A stretch of 59,742 nucleotides of DNA. Origin: a virus (Duplodnaviria; Caudoviricetes). A program made the translations under genes and the position numbers. Position 1 is the first letter of the stretch. Every line of letters begins with the position of its first letter. Positions 52,403 through 59,742 of this stretch are shown piece by piece. The notes beneath the pieces are model-generated. The model did no database searches, had not been told where the DNA came from, and saw only the letters and a list, made by a program, of their open reading frames with translations. The stretch lies in the IMG/VR virus record IMGVR_UViG_3300008110_000054, positions 1 through 59,742 of that record; one strand, written 5' to 3'.

Positions 52403-53980
52403 CTAGTTGTGCGTTACAGTACAGCCTCTTGCCACCAGCGTCGCCTTGGCAGCAAGACCTGTGGCTGAAGGGGTAGCGCTTGTACCACCAGATAGGTTAA
52501 CCGTTCTGCTGCTATAGGCAGGGTATGGAGCGTTGTTAGTTCCATCCATATAAGCCAACGCTACGAGAATGCCATCGACAGAAGCTTGGTTAAGCGCAGC
52601 TCCTGTGCATATAAAATTACCGCCATAATTCATTGGAGTTTGTTTAACTGTAAAAGTCGTCAGGGCAGCGCAGTTTGTTACATTGAAAGAAATGCTATTA
52701 GACGCGCCAGCAAATTCTAAGTTAGGCAGGTTTATAGTTGTCAACATAGGTGAGTTTGTTACAGCGAACTGGCCTCCGTCAGTAGTGTAGCCAGTTGGAG
52801 TAGTTGAAGAATTGTTTGCCCAAGTAGGCTTCACCAGACCCCATTTTGTAAAGCTAGGTAAGCTTATAGTGGTTAAAACATTAAACGTTATTGGACTGTT
52901 CTGCCCTGCGCCAAAAGGCGAATTAAGTGTTTTTTTCAATAATGGAAAATTCATAGAAGTGAGGTAAGGCGCACTTGCCCAAAACCCTGTTGTGTAGTTA
53001 GCAATGCTGCCAGTGTACAGCAACTTAGGAAAGTTTAGAGTTTGAGCATAGACATGGTTAAGAATCATACCTCCAAAATTATGTAAAAGCTCAGGAAAAG
53101 AAATGCTTACAAGAGAAGAAGACGCGCCGAGGTAAATTGAATCTGCTGCTTTTAACTTAGGAAAATTAACAGTAGTTAAAGACGGAAATAGATCCGCTGT
53201 GCCTGCAAAATTGGTAATTTGAATTTCGCCTAATTCGGCTTCTGGTGCTGAAACCGACTGCACTACAGAATACGTGTTATACAAGTATACTTTGCAAAAT
53301 TTTGCTTTTGGAATACTTATGTTTTGAATAAATTTTCCAGTATTATTACCAGTTCCAGCGTATAAAAATACTTCCTCGGCTTCTGGAATACTTATTGACG
53401 CAAGCCTAGGACAGTTATTGTTGTTTAGATATATTTTTTTGGCGTTTGGAAAAGAAAGAGATGTTAGGTTATAAAATTCATAAAAATTTCCTGAAAATTG
53501 GTCTAATAGCCAAGTAATGCTTGTAGTATTTGAAGTTTGATCGTGATCTGGTTGTGCTTGAAAAGTAACATTTCCGCCAATTTTTCCGTTAAGACTATTT
53601 TGCTGTAATTGTTGAAGCCCGTACAAAGGCTGATTCCAACCGCTATATGAAAGCTGCCCATTGTAATAGCATCTGAATAATTCTATGTTTGGATTAGTTA
53701 TGGCTGGAGTGATTTGAAAAGCTCCAGAGCTGCCAAAACTAGATACTCCGTTACTTATAACCTCAGCAATAGACGCTTTACCAGCCACGCCAGTCGTAGC
53801 GTCGTTTACTATCAAGGTGTCTTGAGGTACAGGCGTTTTAGTTGTCAGCTGAGATCCAGTGTTTAGTATTTGAGCTGCCGTGCTTTTGCCAGTCTGCCCA
53901 TTAAACGGATCAGCCACTGCCAACACATCTGTAGATGATGGTGTTCTGGGAGCCAACTCATTAATTGGTTTTACTGCCAC
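52403..53980 (-). CDS. Beta-solenoid (LRR-like xFPxL repeats) fibre/receptor-binding-like protein
   Basis: Repeats SLSFPNA, TVNFPKL, SISFPEL, LNFPKL, MNFPLL, INLPNL; duplicated N-terminal anchor; C-terminal LNQASVDGIL...LVARGCTV. Confidence 0.65.
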   Translation of the reverse strand: MAVKPINELAPRTPSSTDVLAVADPFNGQTGKSTAAQILNTGSQLTTKTPVPQDTLIVNDATTGVAGKASIAEVISNGVSSFGSSGAFQITPAITNPNIELFRCYYNGQLSYSGWNQPLYGLQQLQQNSLNGKIGGNVTFQAQPDHDQTSNTTSITWLLDQFSGNFYEFYNLTSLSFPNAKKIYLNNNNCPRLASISIPEAEEVFLYAGTGNNTGKFIQNISIPKAKFCKVYLYNTYSVVQSVSAPEAELGEIQITNFAGTADLFPSLTTVNFPKLKAADSIYLGASSSLVSISFPELLHNFGGMILNHVYAQTLNFPKLLYTGSIANYTTGFWASAPYLTSMNFPLLKKTLNSPFGAGQNSPITFNVLTTISLPSFTKWGLVKPTWANNSSTTPTGYTTDGGQFAVTNSPMLTTINLPNLEFAGASNSISFNVTNCAALTTFTVKQTPMNYGGNFICTGAALNQASVDGILVALAYMDGTNNAPYPAYSSRTVNLSGGTSATPSATGLAAKATLVARGCTVTHN

Positions 53981-53990
53981 GGCACAATCC

Positions 53991-54215
53991 TCAGATTGTT
54001 ATTTCTTTGACTTCATTGCGTTGTTCTATGCCGAACTGCTTGAGAAGTCTTTTAAATTCTTCGTTCTCACCAGGCTTAGCTTTATAGACAGCTATGGTGT
54101 TGTTGTCGTATTCAATAGCCAAAAGAATAGGCTGGCCAAAGTTATCCTTTATGACCAGCCTATTCGCTTCTACTGATACTGAGTTGAACAAGCCATTGTT
54201 AAACTCAAGTTTCAC
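53991..54215 (-). CDS. Small hypothetical protein
   Basis: GAGGT RBS, GTG start, fills the gap. Confidence 0.55.
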   Translation of the reverse strand: MKLEFNNGLFNSVSVEANRLVIKDNFGQPILLAIEYDNNTIAVYKAKPGENEEFKRLLKQFGIEQRNEVKEITI

Positions 54216-54217
54216 GT

Positions 54218-54925
54218 TTACCTCTTTCTGCTTAGAGCATTCAGCATGTGACGAGCAGCTTCTGCCTTCTCTGACAAGCTAGCCTGTTTTCCACCAATCG
54301 GCTCAATTGGCTTGATTGGAGAAATGCCAGAGATGTCAGAAGCTGTAGGAGGAGCTTCTTGCTTGCCTTCTCCACCTTCAGCGCCTTCTTCAGGAGCTGC
54401 TGGCTTGTCAAGAATGTTGTAAGGAAGGCTTAGGCCCAGACTTTCGTACAGATTGATAAGCAGCTTCTGCTGCCTTTCCATGTACTCAAGCAACTGAGCT
54501 GGGTCCACCTTGGCAGAGCCTTTGCTCTTAGGCTTGCCACCGTTCTCACCACCGCCAGTCATAGCCTTCTGGATTTCTTCCTGAATCAGCTGCTTGATCA
54601 TAGCTGGATCAGTGCCAGAAGGAGGAGCTGGGGGTGCGCCACCCATAAGGGATGGGTCCATGGGAGGCATGGGAGGCGCACCACCCATAGCGGCTGGATC
54701 CATTGGAGGAGCCCCACCCATCATTGCTGGGTCCATGGGAGGAGCGCCGCCCAGCATAGCTGGATCCATAGGAGGAGCGCCGCCTGGAGACATTCCACCC
54801 ATAGCTGCTGGATCCATGGGAGGCGCACCACCTGCTGGAGGAGCGCCACCGCCTGGAGGAACAAAAGCTTGCTTGGAGGCCAGAGCTTGCTTTACGTTCC
54901 TAATCAGAATTGAGTTAAGAGGCAT
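54218..54925 (-). CDS. Pro/Gly/Met low-complexity candidate head protein
   Basis: Leader MPLNSILIRNVKQALASKQA followed by GGAPPMDPA repeats. Confidence 0.65.
   Translation of the reverse strand: MPLNSILIRNVKQALASKQAFVPPGGGAPPAGGAPPMDPAAMGGMSPGGAPPMDPAMLGGAPPMDPAMMGGAPPMDPAAMGGAPPMPPMDPSLMGGAPPAPPSGTDPAMIKQLIQEEIQKAMTGGGENGGKPKSKGSAKVDPAQLLEYMERQQKLLINLYESLGLSLPYNILDKPAAPEEGAEGGEGKQEAPPTASDISGISPIKPIEPIGGKQASLSEKAEAARHMLNALSRKR
54620..54853 (-). repeat. Degenerate coding tandem repeat GGAPPMDPA(A)M, about 33-36 bp unit, 5-6 copies
   Basis: Repeated ggatccat/gggtccat-ggga-ggcgc elements; peptide repeat visible in translation. Confidence 0.85.
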
Positions 54926-54939
54926 GTGTTTCACCCTTC

Positions 54940-56055
54940 TTAGTAGTTGCGACCGCCTGAAGTCCTAGCTGGAGGCACAGCCAAAGAACCAGCGTTACTT
55001 GGAATTACCGCATTAGTGACATTTTTCAAAACGTTAACAGGCGGCGCTGCTGGTCTGCCAGGAGCATTACGATTGTAGCTAAAACCGCCTGCGCCCATGC
55101 CGCCAGTCGCTTGGCCTACTGCTTTTGCTATAGGTGAGTTTATAGCGTCAAGAGTAACACGCTTACCTTGGTCGGCTGCGTTACCTGCTGTAAAAGCAGC
55201 AGCGTCGTAGGCATTGCTAGCGGCATTTTGAATACCCACTCCAACGTTGCCAGCAGCGTTTACTACGTTATTGGCAGCGTTAGAAACTAGGTTTCTAGGG
55301 TTGATTGAATAAGGGTCAGTGTTTGACCCAAAGCTAGGACCAACGCTGCCTGCAGTAAGCGGCACAGTGCCTTCTGTCAGCGATCTAAACTGAGGAGCTG
55401 GTCTGAATGGAATACCTCTGTCGTAAGGCTTGGGGGTTGGCGCTGAGGGAGCTGCTTTAGGGGTTTGCGCAGCTGCCATCTGAGCGCGAATATTTCTAGC
55501 TTCTTCAATAGCCTTGTCCATTGGAGAAGGGCCTTGAGGAATTTTTGCTCTAGAAGCAGCCATCTGCTGTTCTTGATGCTGCCTATAGGCCGTAGGACTA
55601 ACTGGTTGAGTAGCTGGAGCTGCAGGGGCTACGCGCTGTCCAGGTTTAATGCCTAGCGACCCAGCGTCTCCACCAGCTACATAAGCAGAAGCTGCGTTTT
55701 GGTCTGGGGCGTAGAACACTTCGCCAGTCTGAGAGTGGCGGAAGCGCTGCATGCCTGCTGGAGCTGGCTGATACATAGCTCTGCTGGCTGCAGTATCTTC
55801 AGAAGGCAAAGGACCTTGGTCATATGGACTTGAAGGAGCCTGGACTGGAGCCTGCGCTGGAGCTTGAGCTGGAGCAGCGGCTCTTTGTTGATTAGCGTAA
55901 TAAGCCTGCCTTCTACCAGGAAGAATAGGCACACCTCTTGGACTTATAATCCCAAAAGGACCAGCCAACTTTATTAAGCCTATCTCTGTGCCTGCTCTCT
56001 TAGCGTTAAGACAAGCTTGTTTTACATGACCAATTAGCTTTTTGTCGATTGCCAT
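54940..56055 (-). CDS. Ala/Pro/Gln-rich candidate internal protein ending GGRNY
   Basis: CAGGAG RBS before MAIDKKLIGHVKQA; disordered composition. Confidence 0.65.
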   Translation of the reverse strand: MAIDKKLIGHVKQACLNAKRAGTEIGLIKLAGPFGIISPRGVPILPGRRQAYYANQQRAAAPAQAPAQAPVQAPSSPYDQGPLPSEDTAASRAMYQPAPAGMQRFRHSQTGEVFYAPDQNAASAYVAGGDAGSLGIKPGQRVAPAAPATQPVSPTAYRQHQEQQMAASRAKIPQGPSPMDKAIEEARNIRAQMAAAQTPKAAPSAPTPKPYDRGIPFRPAPQFRSLTEGTVPLTAGSVGPSFGSNTDPYSINPRNLVSNAANNVVNAAGNVGVGIQNAASNAYDAAAFTAGNAADQGKRVTLDAINSPIAKAVGQATGGMGAGGFSYNRNAPGRPAAPPVNVLKNVTNAVIPSNAGSLAVPPARTSGGRNY

Positions 56056-56083
56056 CGTAGTCTCCTGTGTAAGGCGTGAATAC

Positions 56084-56112
56084 ATTATTGCTCAGAAGTA
56101 CCTAGCTGTCTA
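56084..56112 (-). promoter_or_regulatory. Candidate promoter TAGACA-N17-AATAAT
   Basis: Intergenic; shares AGACAGCT with the candidate at 34668-34694. Confidence 0.4.
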
Positions 56113-56124
56113 TAACGCTTGATG

Positions 56125-57246
56125 CTAGTAGTTTCTGCCACCGCCTACTGGCTTGGCTGTAGAAACAGCAGGCAAATTAGGAGTTACAGGCTTGGGAGCA
56201 GACTGCTGAACAGGAGCAGCTGGCTTAGCTGCGTTAACGTCAGTTCTGCTAAACCTTCTGTCCAACATAGGTGCGCCTGCGTCCATATGGGAAGCTGGGC
56301 TGTATGGGATGTTAGGTTTGGTAGCAGGCTTGTTTGGGTCTACCCGTGGGTAGAAGCCTCCGTATCCTCTGTCAGCGTATGGAAACGCTTTTAAAGAATT
56401 AGCCGCTGTTTGCCCTAAGGTCGTTGGTAGTGAGTTTGTTACTACAGGCTTAGAGGGCGTAGCGTAACCCATTACTGCTCTTAATGGCAAAGACGAGGCC
56501 CAGGCTGTAGGGCCGTAACCCCATCTTCCTTCAGAATTTCGCAATTTTTCAATATTGTCTCTATAGTTTTTAAACTTGCTATGCGCTTCTTCATAGGTAA
56601 CGTTGGGGTTTTTTCTCATATAATGAGTTGCTGCGTCTATTCCACTAATATATAACTTTTGACCTATTGCGTTGTTTACTTCTTTCAAGGTTTGTGGAAT
56701 TTCTTGTAACTTTTTCTTAAAAGGGTAAAAAGTATTATTGTACCATTCGTTGTCTCTCATCATATTAGTAGCATTACGCCAGTCTGTGCCTCTAGGAGCA
56801 TCCCCAGTTTGGTATTCGTAATAGCGTTCTGCTAGGTCTTGTGGGTCAATAAGATTAGCGTCACGCATTAAAAAGTCTAAATTACGTTCTGGTTTTATTG
56901 TTTCTTCGTATTCTTTCATAGCCTCAGGTACGTCGTTAAAATCTTGGCGAGGTCTGAGGTTGTATTTTTCCCTAAGATTTCTCATTAACGAGTAAGGATT
57001 AGGCTGGGTGATTGGTACGTCTTTCCAGTCTGCCTCCAGCTTGTCCTTAGCCCTATCTTTTAAAAGACGTTCAGTAACGTCTCTGCGCATGCCGCTTTGA
57101 GGATCAATAGCAGCTGGCTGCTCTGGCTCCAAATACTCAGGCCTAACATAAGGCTTTTCTCCTGTTACTTCTTCTGGAGGCACAGGAGCAGCTAGCTTGT
57201 GCATGGCTTTTTTAATTTGACCAATAAGCTTGTAGTTAAAAGCCAT
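56125..57246 (-). CDS. Candidate internal protein ending GGRNY
   Basis: MAFNYKLIGQIKKAMHKLA leader; Cys-free; Pro-rich tail. Confidence 0.65.
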   Translation of the reverse strand: MAFNYKLIGQIKKAMHKLAAPVPPEEVTGEKPYVRPEYLEPEQPAAIDPQSGMRRDVTERLLKDRAKDKLEADWKDVPITQPNPYSLMRNLREKYNLRPRQDFNDVPEAMKEYEETIKPERNLDFLMRDANLIDPQDLAERYYEYQTGDAPRGTDWRNATNMMRDNEWYNNTFYPFKKKLQEIPQTLKEVNNAIGQKLYISGIDAATHYMRKNPNVTYEEAHSKFKNYRDNIEKLRNSEGRWGYGPTAWASSLPLRAVMGYATPSKPVVTNSLPTTLGQTAANSLKAFPYADRGYGGFYPRVDPNKPATKPNIPYSPASHMDAGAPMLDRRFSRTDVNAAKPAAPVQQSAPKPVTPNLPAVSTAKPVGGGRNY

Positions 57247-57256
57247 AACCAAGTCC

Positions 57257-59742
57257 TCAATTCAATATCACTACTTTCTGGTCTGACTCAATTTCACCGT
57301 TCTTATAAGCTCTTATTGCGTCAGCCTTTGTAGCAAAGTATCTCTCTGGTTTATTAGACACGAAAGCTGTGGCGTGATACAGACCACCTTGGTACTCGTT
57401 CTTAGGCAGCTGGTGAGCCTTGAAGTTCTTGGTGCTCAGCAGGTTCTTGCTGGGCAGCATCTTCTCAAGAGCGTCCTTAACAGCTCCGTCAGAGACAGGA
57501 ACGTGATAGTTCATCGTGTCTCCATCGAAGTCTGCACCAAAGCCAGTAACGATAGCTGGAGGAATCTGTAGAGTCTCAGCCTTGGTCAGCTGGGGCCTGA
57601 ATGCCATTACGCCATACCTGTGAAGCACAGGTGCGCGAGTGATGATAACTGGACGCTCGTCCATCTCCTGTAGCAGAGCGTCCTTAGCTGCCTTATCCTT
57701 CTGCTCTACTAGCTCAGCAGCTCTAATAGGGGCAACGCCTCTACGCGCCAACCTTCGTACGATGAATGGCTTGTAGATTTCCCAAGCCTTGCTCTCAGGC
57801 AGACCTACTTGGTCCATGTCCAAGTCTGGGTTAGGTGTAATAACACCTCTACCCACCACGTCTACAGTCGTACTAAGCAGCTTGCGCTGCATGGTGGAGA
57901 ACTTGGGGTTATCTCCAAAGATGTACTTGAGTACGCCTTTGACCTGCCTCTCCTGGTTCTTGGGGCTTACTGGATCCCCCAACCCAGTAACAGCCTTGAA
58001 GCTCTTATAGAGCGCAGTACGCTCATCGCTTAAGTTGTTGCTGAAACCTGAAGTTTCTTTTAGCGCTTCGTTAGCCTCAAACGCCTCTTTGTACAGATAG
58101 TTGGCATCTGCTACGAGGGGCCTGCCTGTAGCTCCCATGACGGACACAGGCCTGAAAGCTGGAGGAAGAACAGGAATCTTGTCCATCATCCATTCCGATG
58201 GGCTTAGTCCAAGCTTGGCCGAATGCTTGAGCACAGACCAACGCTTGAGGGCAGCATCCTTTGTGGACTTTCTGCCATTACGCCATTCGTACTCAGCTTC
58301 TCTGGTAGCTTTCTCTAGGTTTATATTACTAAGCGCGTTCTTGATGGCTTGTGGGCCAGTCTGGTCGCCAATCGTGTCCTTACCAGCAAGAATATCCATG
58401 AACTTGTTCTTGGTAAGGCCCAGCACTCTGCGGATAGGCTCTTCCATTACTGGATTAGGCATGGGCTCATGAAGCTTGATGTAGCTCCATTGATTGCCTC
58501 CATGCCCACCAGTAAGGGATGGATCAAACAGACCACCCTTGATTGGCTTCAAGCCTTCTTTCCAATCAACAGTCTCAGCAGATGTGATCTCTCTGCCTTT
58601 GGCTAGTTCATCAATGTCTTTATTAGTTAAGGCCATGATCTGAATACGAGGTCCGTTTCTTACTGGGTTGATACCAGCAGAGCGAAGCTGATTGAAGAAC
58701 TTGCCATACACCAAAGGAATCTTTGGTGGTGGGGGAGTCTTGCCAGCCATGAAGCTAGCCCAGTAATCCTGGTTCTTCTGCCCACGAATAGACTTGGCGT
58801 CTGTAATGACTTCCAGAGCGCCGTGGCTGAGCAGAGCATTCGTATCAGCAAGAGATACTCTCTTACTGCCCTGAGGCCCACCCTTGGCTGGAGTGTCTTC
58901 TGCTGTATAAGAACCAAGACCACGGCCAGAGCCTTTGCTCTCAGCCATGTGGTGTAGCTTCATGAAGAAGCGATTGCCTGTGAATACGTTCTTTATCTTT
59001 CTATTGCTGTCTGGGTCTTCTACATCTTCAAGGTCTTTCAGGCCGTGCTTCTTGAGTTCGTCTTTTGCGAACTGCACCATGTCCTTGATGTCAGAGAAAT
59101 CTTTGACAGCGTATCGTTTGCCAGTCTTCTCCGCGATCTTACCTAGAGCAGCCTCGACCATTTGGCTTGGATTAGTTCTGGAAATGATACCAAGGGGGTT
59201 GACCAACACTTCAAAAGGCCTGCCTTCTGAATCCTTGGGCATCTTGTCATCTGGAATGATGTCAGCGATAACGCCCTTGTCGCCATAACGACCAGATAGC
59301 TTGTCAGCTACCTTCATTTCTGAGTAGCCTTTGACAGTAACAAGCATACCTTTTTTGGTTTTTTCTACGTCTGTAACTACGCCTGGGTCATCGTGCTCCC
59401 AAGTGATGCTGGAATCGTTGTATAGTTGACCTCTCGACCTACCAATCTGATTGTGCGCTCTTTCTTTTTCTTTTATCTGAAGAATAAGAGGCATATCTTT
59501 GTGTACTACAGTTCCTGGCTTAACAACGCCATCGTCGTCTAGTGTCTCAAGAACTTTTCGGTCATATGAGCTTGGGAACATGGAAATGTAGTTCTTCTTT
59601 CCGTGCTTTAGGCCCTCTTCGAACTCAGTGTCATGTTGATACATGTGCTCAGAAGCTAGCTTTTTAGCTGCTGACTGAGAGATGACAATAGCGTCTTCAA
59701 AGTTAGCGCCCTTGTATGGCACATAAGCCGTACGCAAGTTTA
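57257..59742 (-). CDS. rpoBC: RNA polymerase beta (C-terminal part) fused to beta' (N-terminal catalytic half); 5'-partial
   Basis: Beta motifs GANFEDAIVIS, DKLSGRYGDKGV, NPLGIISRTNPSQ, FMKLHH; in the same frame beta' motifs ET...KP..GGLF, PVLPP.FRP, RAPVLH, GADFDGD; frame stays open to the window edge (..N-L-R-T-A-Y). Confidence 0.97.
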   Translation of the reverse strand, partial: NLRTAYVPYKGANFEDAIVISQSAAKKLASEHMYQHDTEFEEGLKHGKKNYISMFPSSYDRKVLETLDDDGVVKPGTVVHKDMPLILQIKEKERAHNQIGRSRGQLYNDSSITWEHDDPGVVTDVEKTKKGMLVTVKGYSEMKVADKLSGRYGDKGVIADIIPDDKMPKDSEGRPFEVLVNPLGIISRTNPSQMVEAALGKIAEKTGKRYAVKDFSDIKDMVQFAKDELKKHGLKDLEDVEDPDSNRKIKNVFTGNRFFMKLHHMAESKGSGRGLGSYTAEDTPAKGGPQGSKRVSLADTNALLSHGALEVITDAKSIRGQKNQDYWASFMAGKTPPPPKIPLVYGKFFNQLRSAGINPVRNGPRIQIMALTNKDIDELAKGREITSAETVDWKEGLKPIKGGLFDPSLTGGHGGNQWSYIKLHEPMPNPVMEEPIRRVLGLTKNKFMDILAGKDTIGDQTGPQAIKNALSNINLEKATREAEYEWRNGRKSTKDAALKRWSVLKHSAKLGLSPSEWMMDKIPVLPPAFRPVSVMGATGRPLVADANYLYKEAFEANEALKETSGFSNNLSDERTALYKSFKAVTGLGDPVSPKNQERQVKGVLKYIFGDNPKFSTMQRKLLSTTVDVVGRGVITPNPDLDMDQVGLPESKAWEIYKPFIVRRLARRGVAPIRAAELVEQKDKAAKDALLQEMDERPVIITRAPVLHRYGVMAFRPQLTKAETLQIPPAIVTGFGADFDGDTMNYHVPVSDGAVKDALEKMLPSKNLLSTKNFKAHQLPKNEYQGGLYHATAFVSNKPERYFATKADAIRAYKNGEIESDQKVVILN

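Noticed and set aside
54620-54853. CRISPR array or DGR template/variable repeat
   Set aside because: Synonymous variation shows a coding peptide repeat; no spacers and no reverse transcriptase in the window.
51954-57256. Intron or intein explaining the beta' split
   Set aside because: The gap holds six ordinary ORFs; each half has its own stop/start; no intein termini (Cys/Ser start, His-Asn end) or obvious intron structure at the break.
1055-59288. Numerous plus-strand ORFs of 60-175 aa in the ORF track
   Set aside because: All lie antisense to long, motif-bearing minus-strand genes and have no recognisable products; treated as shadow ORFs.
57257-59737. TTG at 59737 as the true RNAP start
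   Set aside because: The frame stays open to the edge and the sequence corresponds to the middle of beta; the gene is truncated by the window.
50046-59742. Cellular rpoBC operon or host contamination
   Set aside because: No ribosomal protein neighbours, Zn sites lost, and the genes are interleaved with phage head genes on the same strand.
1-59742. Stop-codon reassignment as in some large phages
   Set aside because: Genes tile densely under the standard code, with TAA, TAG and TGA all used at gene ends.
1-59742. Specific host assignment
   Set aside because: Nothing in the window identifies the host; it would need spacer matches or phylogeny.

Overview
The whole window is one minus-strand, tightly packed virion-morphogenesis region of a large contractile-tailed (myovirus-like, probably jumbo) bacteriophage. 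It uses the standard code and has GGAG-type RBSs. In transcription order (right to left) it contains: (1) a bacterial-type multisubunit RNA polymerase in an unusual layout, with beta C-terminal half fused to beta' N-terminal half (57257->window edge) and the beta' C-terminal half as a separate gene about 5.3 kb away (50046-51953); both pieces are cysteine-free and lack both Zn sites; (2) candidate internal-head/ejection proteins marked by recurring K-x-A motifs, including a 964-aa modular polyprotein and two proteins with a shared C-terminal GGRNY; (3) prohead protease, scaffold, decoration protein and major capsid protein; (4) neck, tail terminator, sheath, tube, gp5/VgrG-like spike, tail chaperones with a G-GAT-TTT -1 frameshift site, tape measure and hub; (5) a Cys-free sigma-70-family factor embedded among the baseplate genes; (6) baseplate wedge genes interrupted by a subtilisin plus amphipathic-peptide cassette and an HNH endonuclease; (7) five paralogous Cys-containing baseplate/fibre proteins and a Cys/poly-Thr-rich fibre running off the left edge. 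The main hypothesis is a virion-packaged, injected RNAP + sigma holoenzyme with a KxA-based cargo processing system. All calls come from reading motifs by eye; no searches were run. No portal, terminase, tRNA or CRISPR was recognised.
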